From positions 204 through 64,203 of the IMG/VR virus record IMGVR_UViG_3300010396_000038: a stretch of DNA of 64,000 bases; one strand, written 5' to 3'. The DNA comes from a virus. Position numbers and translations under genes: made by a program. Below the pieces are notes generated by a model, which saw only the letters and a program-made list of their open reading frames with translations, did no database searches and was not told the origin of the DNA. This document shows, piece after piece, positions 41,366 through 51,106 of this stretch. Position 1 is the stretch's first letter. Each line of letters starts with the position of its first letter.

Positions 41366-43987
41366 CTACTGGTTGATGGGTGGGCTGGCGGCGTTGACGC
41401 CCAGGTAGACGTTCCAGTTCCCGTACGTGCCGTCCGGCACGAGCGTGGAGATCGCCTCCTGGTTGGCGCGCGGCTCCCAGCGCAGTACGGACGAGGTGAG
41501 CGCCTGCATGTCGAGCGGGGCCTCCTGGAACGCGAAGTCCGGGATGCCGAACGACGGGGCCTCGGGGAACTCCCCGATCGTGCACGCGGCGATCGCGTTG
41601 ACGCAGGACAGTACGTCTCCGTCGGTGTCCTGCTGGACGACGTACGCGCCGTCGTTGGACGTGATCTGCCCGTTGGTGCCGCCGTGCGGCGACCCGTGCC
41701 GTATCCTGAAGGGCCAGGAGAAGTGGGGCACCGACACGCCGGACACGAGGTTCTGCGTCGCGACGGTCGACACCGACGACGGGGTCGACGGCGCGGCGTA
41801 GACGAACGTCAGCGGGGCGGCGATCACCGTCCCGCCGGGCGTGGACACGGCCACGGCGTAGTAGTAGGTCTGGCCCACGACCAGGTTCGTCACGACGGCG
41901 GTCACGGTCTGCGACAGGAACTGCGGCGTCGGCACGACTGGGACGGACGTGCTGAGCCCGGGCTGCGCGGACCACTTGTACCCGGGCGTGTCGCCGTCGA
42001 AGTACGGCTGGATCCCGGCCCCCGCGGTGACCATCACGGCGTCCATCCACCACGTGGTCGGGTAGCTGAAGACCTCCGTCGGGTGGAAGACGCCGCAGCT
42101 GACGCCCACCGTGGTCGGGTTCGTCCCGTCGGACTCGAAGGTGACGTTGACCTGCTGCCACTCGGTAGTCTGGGTGAACTCGAGCGCCACGTTGGCGGAG
42201 GCCGCCGCGGTGCCGGGACCCGCGAAGAGGTACAGCGGCCGCCCGGGGCTGCTCCCGAGGACCCAGGCGGAGAGGGTGTACGTGCCGGCGGGCAGCGTGC
42301 TCAGGTAGATCTCCGCGCCCTGAGGGCCCGCTGCGTTCGGGTTGGTCGACACCTGGAGGGACTGCGAGCCGATGAACGCCTCCGTGTTCACCGCGCTGAT
42401 CTCGGACGCGCCCTCGATGAAGTAGTCCGCCTCTACGGGCTGGGACCAGCTGCTCGCCGACAGCTGCGCCGACGCCCCGGTCGGGTCGTACCGCATCGAC
42501 GGGTCCGGCACGTAGTTGGTCAGGCTCCCCGCGGCGGGGGGCGTGAAGCTCTGCGCCGGCGCGGTCCCGACGTTGGTGGACGTGCTGTCGCCGGGGGTCC
42601 CGGTCCAGTAGCACCCCGCGGAGTCGCCGTCGAAGTACGCCGGCGTGCCGGCGCCGGGCGAGACCATGGCGTCGTCGATCAGGAACGTCGTGGACGCGGC
42701 GCTCAGGAGGTTGACGAACAGGGTCGCGGTCCCGGTGGTGGCGGCCGTGAACGACGCGGCGTACGTGGTCCAGGCGGAGGCGGTGGTGCTGGCCACGACC
42801 GTGTGCGTCGCGAAGAGGCCCTGGTTCTCGCCGACCAGCACCTGCAGCGCGGAGGTCCCCGCCGTCAGCTTGACGCTGATCGACGCGTAGTACGTCTGCC
42901 CGGCGGTGACCGGGATGTCGGCCGCCGCGGCGCCCGAGTGGAGGGTCCCGCCCCCGGTGGGGTAGAACAGCGCCGCGACCGAGGTCCACAGGGCCCCCGA
43001 CGCCGCCGTCAGGGCGGGCTGGGTCGTGCCGGAGACGGTCGTGTTCTCCATGACGAGGCCGTCGCCGAACTGGTTGCTCGAGTACGTGAACCCGGAGGTC
43101 CCGCCCGACGAGACGGACCCGTTGCTGAAGGTCCAGCCCCAGTAGAGCTCGTTGCCCCCGGAGCTCGGGGTCAGCGACGACATGGTCGGCGTCCCGCTTG
43201 ACTGGCCGCCGTTGCCGCTGACGTCGACGCTCCACCCGGTGGACGACGAGGCCGTGAACGAGTCGACGGTGAACTCCGACGACGAGGTCCCGCCGTCCGT
43301 TGTGGTGATCGAGACGGTCGAGGTCCCTGGCGTCGTGACGACGCCCCACCACATGTAGCCGTACAGGAAGCTGGCCGAGTTGACGTTGTCCGTGACCTTC
43401 TGCCAGGTCGTCACGCCGCCGCCGGACACGCCGGTGACGGCGGTCCCGGAGTTCGAGTACCGGCCGCCGATGACCACGAGGTCGCCCGCAGTGGCGGTGG
43501 TGACGGAGACGGACGTCCCTGACGCGTTCTTCGGGAAGCCGGCCACCCTGGCGATCGCGCCCGCGGACGTGGGGCACACGACCTGGCACGACTTGGTCCC
43601 CGTGAAGCGGTCCGCGGCGGTCACCGTGATCGTGGACCCGGAGGCCAGCCACCCGCCCCCGGACGGGTGCGTGGACGACCAGGCGACCGCCGCGGAGCCG
43701 ACGGTGTCGTGCTCGAATGAGGGGTTGAGGATCAGGTTGGTCAGCGCCGTGGTCTGGCCGAACTGCGGGGTGGTGCCGTAGACGAACCACCAGGTGCCGT
43801 TCTGGCCCTCGGTGTTCACGGACCCCGTCAGCGTCACATCGATGGGCGCCGCCGGCGAGCCCGCGACCCCCACCGACGACCCGACCGTCACCGCGCTGGG
43901 CGGTGGCAGCGCGGTGCCGCCCGCGGTGACGGCTAGGTGCCTGGGCGGCCGCTGCGGCGTGCCGAGTACCCTGCGGGGGAGGGGCAT
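41366..43987 (-). CDS. large minor tail protein with three carbohydrate-binding-module-like repeats
   Basis: Three repeats open with NPSFE..W / NYVPDPS.. and close with AYFDGD / PYFDGD, in the CBM4_9 style; 873 aa. Confidence 0.45.
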   Translation of the reverse strand: MPLPRRVLGTPQRPPRHLAVTAGGTALPPPSAVTVGSSVGVAGSPAAPIDVTLTGSVNTEGQNGTWWFVYGTTPQFGQTTALTNLILNPSFEHDTVGSAAVAWSSTHPSGGGWLASGSTITVTAADRFTGTKSCQVVCPTSAGAIARVAGFPKNASGTSVSVTTATAGDLVVIGGRYSNSGTAVTGVSGGGVTTWQKVTDNVNSASFLYGYMWWGVVTTPGTSTVSITTTDGGTSSSEFTVDSFTASSSTGWSVDVSGNGGQSSGTPTMSSLTPSSGGNELYWGWTFSNGSVSSGGTSGFTYSSNQFGDGLVMENTTVSGTTQPALTAASGALWTSVAALFYPTGGGTLHSGAAAADIPVTAGQTYYASISVKLTAGTSALQVLVGENQGLFATHTVVASTTASAWTTYAASFTAATTGTATLFVNLLSAASTTFLIDDAMVSPGAGTPAYFDGDSAGCYWTGTPGDSTSTNVGTAPAQSFTPPAAGSLTNYVPDPSMRYDPTGASAQLSASSWSQPVEADYFIEGASEISAVNTEAFIGSQSLQVSTNPNAAGPQGAEIYLSTLPAGTYTLSAWVLGSSPGRPLYLFAGPGTAAASANVALEFTQTTEWQQVNVTFESDGTNPTTVGVSCGVFHPTEVFSYPTTWWMDAVMVTAGAGIQPYFDGDTPGYKWSAQPGLSTSVPVVPTPQFLSQTVTAVVTNLVVGQTYYYAVAVSTPGGTVIAAPLTFVYAAPSTPSSVSTVATQNLVSGVSVPHFSWPFRIRHGSPHGGTNGQITSNDGAYVVQQDTDGDVLSCVNAIAACTIGEFPEAPSFGIPDFAFQEAPLDMQALTSSVLRWEPRANQEAISTLVPDGTYGNWNVYLGVNAASPPINQ

Positions 43988-43991
43988 GCTG

Positions 43992-44585
43992 CTACGCGAT
44001 GCCCTGGTTGAGCAGCTCGACGGTGAACATCACGACCTGGATCGAGTTGGACGTGCTCGCGGCGGACCACTGGGCCCCCACGGTCATGATCTTGGAGACC
44101 GAGGTGTCGACGGTCACGAGCCCGCCGGTCGAGGTCGAGATGTTGGGGATGGTGACCGACGCGTTCTGGTTGCCGCTGCCGAAGTTGTTGAGGAACAGGC
44201 ACGACCCGAGCGTGCGGACGCTGCCGGATGTGCCCACGGACTCGACCCTCGTCAGGGTCTTCATCTCCCAGGGGAAGTTCGTCACGGCGCCGGTCCCGAG
44301 GAGGAACAGGGAGGACACCCCGCCCAGGAGGGTGCCCGCGACGCCGCCGTAGTAGAGCCCGACGCTGAGCGAGGGGCCCGACGAGGACGTCGAGTAGATG
44401 CCGTTTACGGTGGTGCGCAGGACCATCCCCTGCTGCAGGGACGCCGGGCTGATGGTGAAGGCCTGGCCCCCGGAGCTGCCGCCGGGGGTGATGTCGGTCA
44501 GGGCGGTGCTGTTGGACAGCGCCGTGCCGGGGCCGGTCGCGTTGACCTGCCCCGTGTTCAGTAGCTGCTCGAATGTGTTGTTCAT
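43992..44585 (-). CDS. tail-region paralog B1 (197 aa)
   Basis: Paralogous to 44601..45146. Shared GI(Y/F)ST..GP(S/T)L..GLY.GGVAG..LG and VTNFPW blocks. Confidence 0.5.
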   Translation of the reverse strand: MNNTFEQLLNTGQVNATGPGTALSNSTALTDITPGGSSGGQAFTISPASLQQGMVLRTTVNGIYSTSSSGPSLSVGLYYGGVAGTLLGGVSSLFLLGTGAVTNFPWEMKTLTRVESVGTSGSVRTLGSCLFLNNFGSGNQNASVTIPNISTSTGGLVTVDTSVSKIMTVGAQWSAASTSNSIQVVMFTVELLNQGIA

Positions 44586-44600
44586 CTCTGGGTCTCCTGT

Positions 44601-45146
44601 CTAGGCCAGCTGCTCGACCGCGAACTGGGTGCACTGGATCGAGTTCGAGGCGGACGAGGTGCCCCACTGGGCGCCGAGGGTGAGCGTCTGCGACGCCCCG
44701 GTGTTCACGCTGTTCCCAGTGCTGCTCAGGGTGCCGCTGACGACCGTGGTCCACGGCCCGTTGACGGCCCCGGCGCAGAAGATGGTCCCCGTGGCGCCGA
44801 CCGTCGCGACGCGGAGCATCGCGTTCAGGTACCACGGGAAGTTGGTGACGCTGGACTGGGCCGTGGCGGCGGCGACGGTGGCGCCCAGGACGACCCCGGC
44901 GACCCCGCCGAGGTACAGCCCCATCACCAGCGTCGGCGTGCCGGTGGTCGAGAAGATCCCGCCGGCGATCACCCTGAACTGCTGGCCGGGCTGGAACGTG
45001 TCCAGCGGGAAGGTCACGGCCTGCCCGGCCGCGTTGGCGCCGGGGGAGATGTCGGTGAGCGTTGTGCTGCTGGCCAGGGCGACGCCCGAGTTGAGCTGGC
45101 TGTACTGGCCGCCGTTGTACAGCGCCGAGTATCCGTTGTACGTCAA
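44601..45146 (-). CDS. tail-region paralog B2 (181 aa)
   Basis: TTG start with RBS GAAGGAG. The upstream part of ORF 44601..45299 is low-complexity and non-coding. Confidence 0.5.
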   Translation of the reverse strand: MTYNGYSALYNGGQYSQLNSGVALASSTTLTDISPGANAAGQAVTFPLDTFQPGQQFRVIAGGIFSTTGTPTLVMGLYLGGVAGVVLGATVAAATAQSSVTNFPWYLNAMLRVATVGATGTIFCAGAVNGPWTTVVSGTLSSTGNSVNTGASQTLTLGAQWGTSSASNSIQCTQFAVEQLA

Positions 45147-45469
45147 GGTATGCTCCTTCGTGGGGTGGGGGTAGGCTGGCCCTCGAGTGGGAGGGACGGG
45201 CCCACAGTCGGCATCGGCACCTCGGTGTCGCTCCTGTGGACGTACCAGTTCCTGCGGGGGTCCCCCGGGAAGGGCTCGGCCACGGCCCCGCAGTGGCACT
45301 CGCAGTCGTCCTCGAGCACGTGCTCGCGGGGGTCGCCACGGAAGGACGCGTGCACGTCCCTCTTGGTGAGGTCGACCACCCAGTACTGATTCCCCAGCCT
45401 TTCGGCGAGGTTGCCGGAGTGGTCGGGGTCGATGTCCTTGAGCCAGTAGGCTGCGTTCTCGGTGTTCAC
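45143..45469 (-). CDS. small Cys/His-containing protein (108 aa; ..DDCECHCG..)
   Basis: GTG start with RBS GGGAGG. GTGA and TTGA overlaps with neighbours. High GC3. Confidence 0.4.
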   Translation of the reverse strand: MNTENAAYWLKDIDPDHSGNLAERLGNQYWVVDLTKRDVHASFRGDPREHVLEDDCECHCGAVAEPFPGDPRRNWYVHRSDTEVPMPTVGPSLPLEGQPTPTPRRSIP

Positions 45470-45900
45470 GGGACCTCCCAGAGCGACGACGTGCCGCCGT
45501 CGTTGGAGTCGAAGGTTATGGAGCTCCCGGACGAGACGAAGATCCCGGCCTGGAAGCTGTGCGTGCCGGGCGTGAGGAAGTCGGAGTACCACACGTACGT
45601 GAACCGCTCGTGGTACGACGCGTACGCGTAGTACATCTTGCCCCACGACACGCCGTGGACGATCTGGCTGTTGGTCTCGACCATCCCCTGCACGTTGGAG
45701 ATCCCGCTGCAGTAGGACGTGAACGAGGTCTGCCCCAGCGCGTACGCGCCGTTCGGGTTCTTGATCGTGATCGTGTGGTTGAACAGGTTGACGAAGAAGG
45801 CGGTGTACGTCCCGGACCAGCCGCCCCACGTGTTCTGGACGTCGTAGCCGAGCGGCCGCTCGCACGCCTGCAGCCCGCCGAGGATGATCTCGCTCGACAT
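45466..45900 (-). CDS. tail-region paralog A3 (144 aa)
   Basis: N-terminal MSSEIILGG..CE..LG..NTWGGWSGTY and C-terminal FLTPG.HS..GI.V..G..FD.NDGGT. Shared with 45900..46328 and 46325..46762. Confidence 0.5.
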   Translation of the reverse strand: MSSEIILGGLQACERPLGYDVQNTWGGWSGTYTAFFVNLFNHTITIKNPNGAYALGQTSFTSYCSGISNVQGMVETNSQIVHGVSWGKMYYAYASYHERFTYVWYSDFLTPGTHSFQAGIFVSSGSSITFDSNDGGTSSLWEVP

Positions 45901-46328
45901 CAGGGCCTCTCCAGCGAGATGAACGTCCCGCCGTCGTTCGCGTCGAACGTGACCGTCCCGCCGTTGACGTAGATCCCGACCAGTATGCTGTGCGAGCCCG
46001 GGGTGAGGAACGCGTACCAGTTGAACGACCACGGCGTGTGCTCGCTCGCGTTGTTGAAGAACTGCAGCCCCCAGACCGTGGGCCCGCCGCCGTCCACCTC
46101 GGTGGCGCCCTGGAAGGTCGTGCCCGGGACCCCCGTGTAGCACGTGAGGGTCGCGGCCCCGGAGACGTACGAGCCCGCTCCGTCGGACACCGTGAGCGAG
46201 ACGTTCGCCAGCGTGACGAACACCCCGGCGCCGTACGTCCCGCTCCAGCCGCCCCAGGTGTTGGCGCCGCCGAGGCCGAGGCCGTGCTCGCAGACCTGGG
46301 TGCCGCCGAGGATGATCTCCGAGGTCAC
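45900..46328 (-). CDS. tail-region paralog A2 (142 aa)
   Basis: As above; GTG start. Confidence 0.5.
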   Translation of the reverse strand: MTSEIILGGTQVCEHGLGLGGANTWGGWSGTYGAGVFVTLANVSLTVSDGAGSYVSGAATLTCYTGVPGTTFQGATEVDGGGPTVWGLQFFNNASEHTPWSFNWYAFLTPGSHSILVGIYVNGGTVTFDANDGGTFISLERP

Positions 46329-46762
46329 GCGATCTCCCAGCAGAACGAGTCCCCGGCCTGGTTGGCGGACTGGAAGTTGACCGTGCCCGCGGCCACCCAG
46401 ACCCCGATGCCGATCGTGTGCGCCACCGGCGTGAGGACGGGCGTGCTCCAGCTGAAGTCGAACTCGAACCACCTGGAGGTGCTGGTGTTGAAGTAGAAGA
46501 GCCCGTAGACCGTCTGGGTGCCGCCGTCGACGGTCACGCTCCCCTGCATCTCGGTTCCCGACCCGCCGCTGTTGTTGCAGGTGAACGTCGACCGCCCGAC
46601 GACCCGGCCCCCCGCCGGGTTCGTGACGGTGATGGTGTGCGAGAAGAGCCCCACCAGCTGCGCGGCGCTGAACGACCCGGCCCAGCCCGTGCCGGAGTCG
46701 TTACCGGTGAAGCCCGCCGGGTGGGTCGTGATCTGGGCGGTCCCCAGGATTATCTCGGGCAC
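46325..46762 (-). CDS. tail-region paralog A1 (145 aa)
   Basis: As above; GTG start 4 nt after the upstream stop. The rest of ORF 46325..48193 is off-frame overlap. Confidence 0.5.
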   Translation of the reverse strand: MPEIILGTAQITTHPAGFTGNDSGTGWAGSFSAAQLVGLFSHTITVTNPAGGRVVGRSTFTCNNSGGSGTEMQGSVTVDGGTQTVYGLFYFNTSTSRWFEFDFSWSTPVLTPVAHTIGIGVWVAAGTVNFQSANQAGDSFCWEIA

Positions 46763-46764
46763 GT

Positions 46765-47505
46765 TCAGTTCGCCTGCTGGAAGGTTATGCCGGACAGCGA
46801 CAGGTAGGACATGCCCCCGGCGGGGACGTACTGGGGCACCGAGCCGGAGACGTTCAGGACGCCGGTGGCGAGGGCGTCGACCCTGACGGTCATCGGGCCC
46901 ATGCTCCCGTCGTACCCCTGCATCGTGAAGAGCTCGTTCCCGGCGGGCCTGAAGCCGGCGGGGAGCGTCGCGATGGGGTCGTTGAGGCTGTAGGCCGCGG
47001 ACTTGGCCACCAGCCCGCGGACGCGCACCCACCCGGACTGGTCGATGCAGTACTGGCCGGCGGTCCACGTCGGGGCGTTGTAGTCGCTCCAGCTGGTGGC
47101 GTACGGCAGCGCGTGCCACGTCGGCCTGACCGTGGTCACGGGCGTCAGGCCGCCGAGGACGGTGTGAACCGTCGGGTTCGGGTACTCGCCGGTCAGGTCT
47201 CCGCCGGCGGGCCCGAGCTCGGGGTCGGTGCCGCCGAGGGTCTTGCCCCACCAGACGCACCGGAAGGTCTCCTGGTCGTCCTTGACGATGAGGGCCTCGT
47301 CGCCCTGCTGGGGCAGGTTCGAGCCGTGGCAGGCCGGCCAGTCCCAGACGGTGAAGTTGAGGTCCGGGTTCCAGAGGGGGATCGTCAGGTACATCGGCTC
47401 GGCGAAGCTCAGGGGCGCCTGCTGGCGCAGGGACACCATCGCCTGCATGACGTTCGGCTGGGCCTGGCCCACCGCGTTCGGGAGCAGGTTCAGTACGTTG
47501 GCCAT
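46765..47505 (-). CDS. minor tail protein (246 aa)
   Basis: Position; high GC3. Confidence 0.45.
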   Translation of the reverse strand: MANVLNLLPNAVGQAQPNVMQAMVSLRQQAPLSFAEPMYLTIPLWNPDLNFTVWDWPACHGSNLPQQGDEALIVKDDQETFRCVWWGKTLGGTDPELGPAGGDLTGEYPNPTVHTVLGGLTPVTTVRPTWHALPYATSWSDYNAPTWTAGQYCIDQSGWVRVRGLVAKSAAYSLNDPIATLPAGFRPAGNELFTMQGYDGSMGPMTVRVDALATGVLNVSGSVPQYVPAGGMSYLSLSGITFQQAN

Positions 47506-47514
47506 CCTGGCCTC

Positions 47515-49227
47515 CTACGGGTAACCGGGCGGGTTCGTCCCGTGCACGCCCCCGGCCTGCAGGACGCCCGACGGGGCACCCAGCGCGACCAGGAGCCTGT
47601 TGGCGCTGGCGCCGGCCGCCGACGTCCAGTCGCCGGGGTCGCTCCCCGGGAACTGCTGGTTGAGGGACGCCGCGAGCGTGGTCCCGCCGTCGCCGGTCGA
47701 CCAGCCCATCTCCGAGTTCGGGGACGCGTCGTGCAGGGTGCCGATCGGGTCGCCCGCCTTGACGAGCTGGCCGCTGCTCACCAGCGGGGTGATGTTCTCG
47801 GCGTAGTACCAGTGCTTCCCGGCGAACTTGCCGGACGTGATGGCGAGCTCGATGAACGCGCCGCCCGGCCACCCGGAGTTCGAGGTGGAGCCGATCTTGC
47901 CGTCCGCGATCGCCACCAGGGTGCCGGAACCGGCGTAGTCGACGCCCATGTCGACGCGCTTGGGCGTGAGGCCCTGGATCTTCTGGAGCGGGTTGGCCAT
48001 GCCCTTGAGGGCGCCCTTGGTGAGGACGTTGCCGCCGCCGGGGGCGGCGACCGGCGTGCCCTTCTGGAACTGGTTGGTCTGGCCGGTGGCGCCGCCCTCG
48101 GCCTCGGCCTCCGTGAGGGCCTGGATGCCGGGCACGAGCGTGATGTCCGAGTAGATCTTGAAGACGGATCGGATGCAGTCGCCCACCATCCACAGGCCGT
48201 CGCCCGGCCCGCAGCCGGACAGCATGATCGTGTCACCGCCGCGGACCTGGTCGATGTCGCAGATCAGCTGGAGGTTGGCCTCCACCGGGCTCGTCACCTT
48301 GGCGAGGGTCGACTTGCGCTGGGTGCGACCCTTCCGCTTGTGCGTGGCGGTGTACTGGAAGGCGGTGTTGTCCCAGCAGAAGTCGAGGTGGAGGATCCGG
48401 TCGGCGTCGCGCCACCGGTCGAGCGTCACGACCGGGGATTGCGACATCAGGTCGGCGCCGTCGGCCAGGTACAGGACCTCGCCGTCGGAGAAGATGTACC
48501 ACTGCCGGTCCTGGGCGAGCCTGTTGATCGCCGTCCACACGTCCTCGTTGGGGTTCGACACGTCGCCGACGTAGAAGGGCGTCGTGGGGCCGGCATGGAG
48601 GTTGGCGGACGTGCCCTTGCCGGCGACCTGGATCAGGCCGTTGGAGCCGGCCTTGGCGATCGCCTGGGCCTCGGCGACGCCCTTGGCGATGGGCCAGCCC
48701 TGGCTCTCGTACTGGGTGCTGATGCCCTGGCTGTCGAACGGGATCGCGGCGGTGACCTGCGACCCGAGCACGGCGACGTTGGTGTACTTCGTCGCGGCCT
48801 TGATGCCGCCCCCGGCCTGGAAGCCGTTGCCCCCCTTGTACCAGAAGGTGGCCATCGGGACGGCCGACGACGTGACCTGGCCGAACACGCTGGTGGCGCC
48901 GCCGAGGATGCCCCCGTAGCCCGCCGAGTTCGGCCCCAGGTCCGTGCCCATGGAGCTCTCGTAGATCGAGTCGAAGAGGCAGGCCACGATCGCGACGCCG
49001 GGCGCCTTCAGGCCCTGGCCGATGCCGATGATGGTGTTCGCGCAGTCCTGCTGGACCTTGTTCATCGGCTTGCCCTTGACCGTCAGGCCGGAGCCGTACT
49101 GCGCCTTGGAGCGGTTGGCGGGGTTGCCCGTGAGCACCGACGGCGTGTTCGGCGCCCTGACCGTGTGGTTGGGGGTTCCCCCGAGCCCGGGGCTCAGCGG
49201 GTTGAGGATCGCGGGCGGAACTGCCAT
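47515..49227 (-). CDS. tail-associated lysin: N-terminal lysozyme-like region plus C-terminal M23 (LytM) peptidase
   Basis: VDMGVDYAGSGTLVAIADGKI..HWYYAENI..LVKAGDPIGTL fits the M23 metallopeptidase motifs. Confidence 0.55.
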   Translation of the reverse strand: MAVPPAILNPLSPGLGGTPNHTVRAPNTPSVLTGNPANRSKAQYGSGLTVKGKPMNKVQQDCANTIIGIGQGLKAPGVAIVACLFDSIYESSMGTDLGPNSAGYGGILGGATSVFGQVTSSAVPMATFWYKGGNGFQAGGGIKAATKYTNVAVLGSQVTAAIPFDSQGISTQYESQGWPIAKGVAEAQAIAKAGSNGLIQVAGKGTSANLHAGPTTPFYVGDVSNPNEDVWTAINRLAQDRQWYIFSDGEVLYLADGADLMSQSPVVTLDRWRDADRILHLDFCWDNTAFQYTATHKRKGRTQRKSTLAKVTSPVEANLQLICDIDQVRGGDTIMLSGCGPGDGLWMVGDCIRSVFKIYSDITLVPGIQALTEAEAEGGATGQTNQFQKGTPVAAPGGGNVLTKGALKGMANPLQKIQGLTPKRVDMGVDYAGSGTLVAIADGKIGSTSNSGWPGGAFIELAITSGKFAGKHWYYAENITPLVSSGQLVKAGDPIGTLHDASPNSEMGWSTGDGGTTLAASLNQQFPGSDPGDWTSAAGASANRLLVALGAPSGVLQAGGVHGTNPPGYP

Positions 49228-49231
49228 GCGC

Positions 49232-50140
49232 CTAGAGGGTCGGGCCCAGCGGGTTGAGGATGCCGGTCGGCACGCCGGTCAGCAGCGGGTTGCTCGGGGC
49301 GAGGACCTGCGAGCCGCCGAAGGTGCTGTTGGTCAGCGAGATGTCGGTGGGCGGCAGGAGCGGGTTGCCGCCCGGGGGGTTGCCGCCCGTGAGGCGGTCC
49401 TTGTCCTTGACGCCGCCCTTCTTGTTCTTGCGCTGGTTCGGGTAGATCTGGGACAGCGGAGTGCTCTCGTCCTGCGTGAGGTCCTGCGCCGAGAAGACGA
49501 ACTGGTCCGGCGAGCCCGGGGAGAGGTCGAACAGCGTCTGGAACTTCACGCCGGGGACCGCGGTCTTCGCGCAGCGCTCGATGAACTCCGCCCTGGTCTC
49601 GTTGACCCGGGAGGTGGCGATGCTGGGGTCGCTGGTGTTGTCGTGGTTCCGGCACTCGGACACGATCTTGTCCTCGAAGGTGAGGACGAGGTTCGGACCG
49701 GAGAGGTCGGTGCTCGGCTTCAGCTGGCAGAGCGTCCAGACCTGGTCTGACTGCCCCGGAGGGAACTGGATGTCGATCGGGGGCCAGAGGTAACCCTCCT
49801 CGTCGACGTCGAAGAACGCGGCGCCGTTGGCGTCCCGCCTGAGCAGCAGCCAGAGCGGGTCGACCAGGTGCACCTCGAGGAACGCCGAGCCCTGCACGGT
49901 GGTCTCGATGATCACGTCGGCGACGTACTGCTCCAGGTCGATGACGCGGAGCGCGGGCTGGTACTTGGCGCGCTGCTGGTTGAACTGCTCCGCGATGGTC
50001 TGCGACACGGCGCTGACCTTGCGCGCCCCGAGGTTCGACAGCTGGATGTCCAGGAGCCCGGACGGGTCCGAGACCGAGATGACGTCGAGCGCCGTCGACT
50101 TGAGGCTGTTGTAGATCGGAACCGTGCTGGAGGACGCCAT
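49232..50140 (-). CDS. minor tail protein (302 aa)
   Basis: Position downstream of the tape measure gene. Confidence 0.45.
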   Translation of the reverse strand: MASSSTVPIYNSLKSTALDVISVSDPSGLLDIQLSNLGARKVSAVSQTIAEQFNQQRAKYQPALRVIDLEQYVADVIIETTVQGSAFLEVHLVDPLWLLLRRDANGAAFFDVDEEGYLWPPIDIQFPPGQSDQVWTLCQLKPSTDLSGPNLVLTFEDKIVSECRNHDNTSDPSIATSRVNETRAEFIERCAKTAVPGVKFQTLFDLSPGSPDQFVFSAQDLTQDESTPLSQIYPNQRKNKKGGVKDKDRLTGGNPPGGNPLLPPTDISLTNSTFGGSQVLAPSNPLLTGVPTGILNPLGPTL

Positions 50141-50141
50141 G

Positions 50142-51104
50142 CTACACCTGGTGCTGCGGGACCCAGACCGCGTGGCCGTGGGGGATGTGGACGCGCTTGC
50201 TCTTGCCCTTGAGCTTCATCTTGGTGCCCAGGATCGGGTTGTTCTTCGGGTCGTCCATGATGCGGCCCGCGAGGATGTCGACGTACATGGCGTGCACGTC
50301 GGGCGCGGCGGCGATCAGGAGCGGGTCGTCGCGCTTCGGCTTGGACGTGTAGTAGCTGCCCTTGGAGTTGGTGACGTGCGTCCCGGCGCCGGAGAAGCCC
50401 TCGAACGCCATCAGGCCGACGGACGCGTCCTGGTAGACCCGGTAGCCCGAGTCGTTGCGCCAGGCCGACCCCCAGCTGATGCCGTTGTGGACCACCCACG
50501 GCCAGAGGCTCGGGTCGGACAGGTTCCCGCCGATGTTGGCGGTCTGCTGGTACTGGAACGGGACCAGCGGGGACGAGGTGCCGTCGCCCTGGTAGGTGTT
50601 CACGTACACGTAGGGGCTCTGGCCCGCGGCGAAGTGCGCGCCGGCCATCCACTCCAGGGTGCCGATGTCGTCCTCGACCGACTGGCCGGCGGCGTCGCTG
50701 GTGTCCCAGCCGTTCGCCGTCCAGACGCCGAACCGGATCGAGACGGTCATCTGCGCGGCGTCGTAGCCGTCGAAGATAGTCACGGCGCGGCGCAGCGGCC
50801 GCATCTCGGTGTGCCACTTGGCGTACCCGCCGGTGATCTTGGGCGGTTGGTCGCCGACCAGGGCGGCGAACCCGCGCGGCGTCGCGGTCCCGTAGTACCC
50901 CCGGAAGTTGACATAGAGGGAGTTCGTGGTGGCGACCTTCAGGCCGCCGGTGTTGGCGCTCCCGCCGGAGGTGACCTTCTTGGGCGGGAGGAGCGGGTGC
51001 TGGGAGGGCGTCGTGAGCGCCCCGCCCAGCGCCTCCGGGTCCTGGGACGGCGTGATCAGCGCTGCCGGCAGCCCTGTCGCGGCGGTGTGCTTGTGGTTGG
51101 ACAC
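50142..51104 (-). CDS. distal-tail-like minor tail protein (320 aa)
   Basis: First gene after the tape measure gene, the typical Dit position. Confidence 0.4.
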   Translation of the reverse strand: MSNHKHTAATGLPAALITPSQDPEALGGALTTPSQHPLLPPKKVTSGGSANTGGLKVATTNSLYVNFRGYYGTATPRGFAALVGDQPPKITGGYAKWHTEMRPLRRAVTIFDGYDAAQMTVSIRFGVWTANGWDTSDAAGQSVEDDIGTLEWMAGAHFAAGQSPYVYVNTYQGDGTSSPLVPFQYQQTANIGGNLSDPSLWPWVVHNGISWGSAWRNDSGYRVYQDASVGLMAFEGFSGAGTHVTNSKGSYYTSKPKRDDPLLIAAAPDVHAMYVDILAGRIMDDPKNNPILGTKMKLKGKSKRVHIPHGHAVWVPQHQV

Positions 51105-51106
51105 GG

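Noticed and set aside
40008-43790. 1260-aa reverse ORF, plus 41363..43201 + and 47113..49257 + long ORFs in the tail module
   Set aside because: The translations are R/G/D/P-rich junk. They overlap, in other frames, genes with coherent structural-protein-like sequences.
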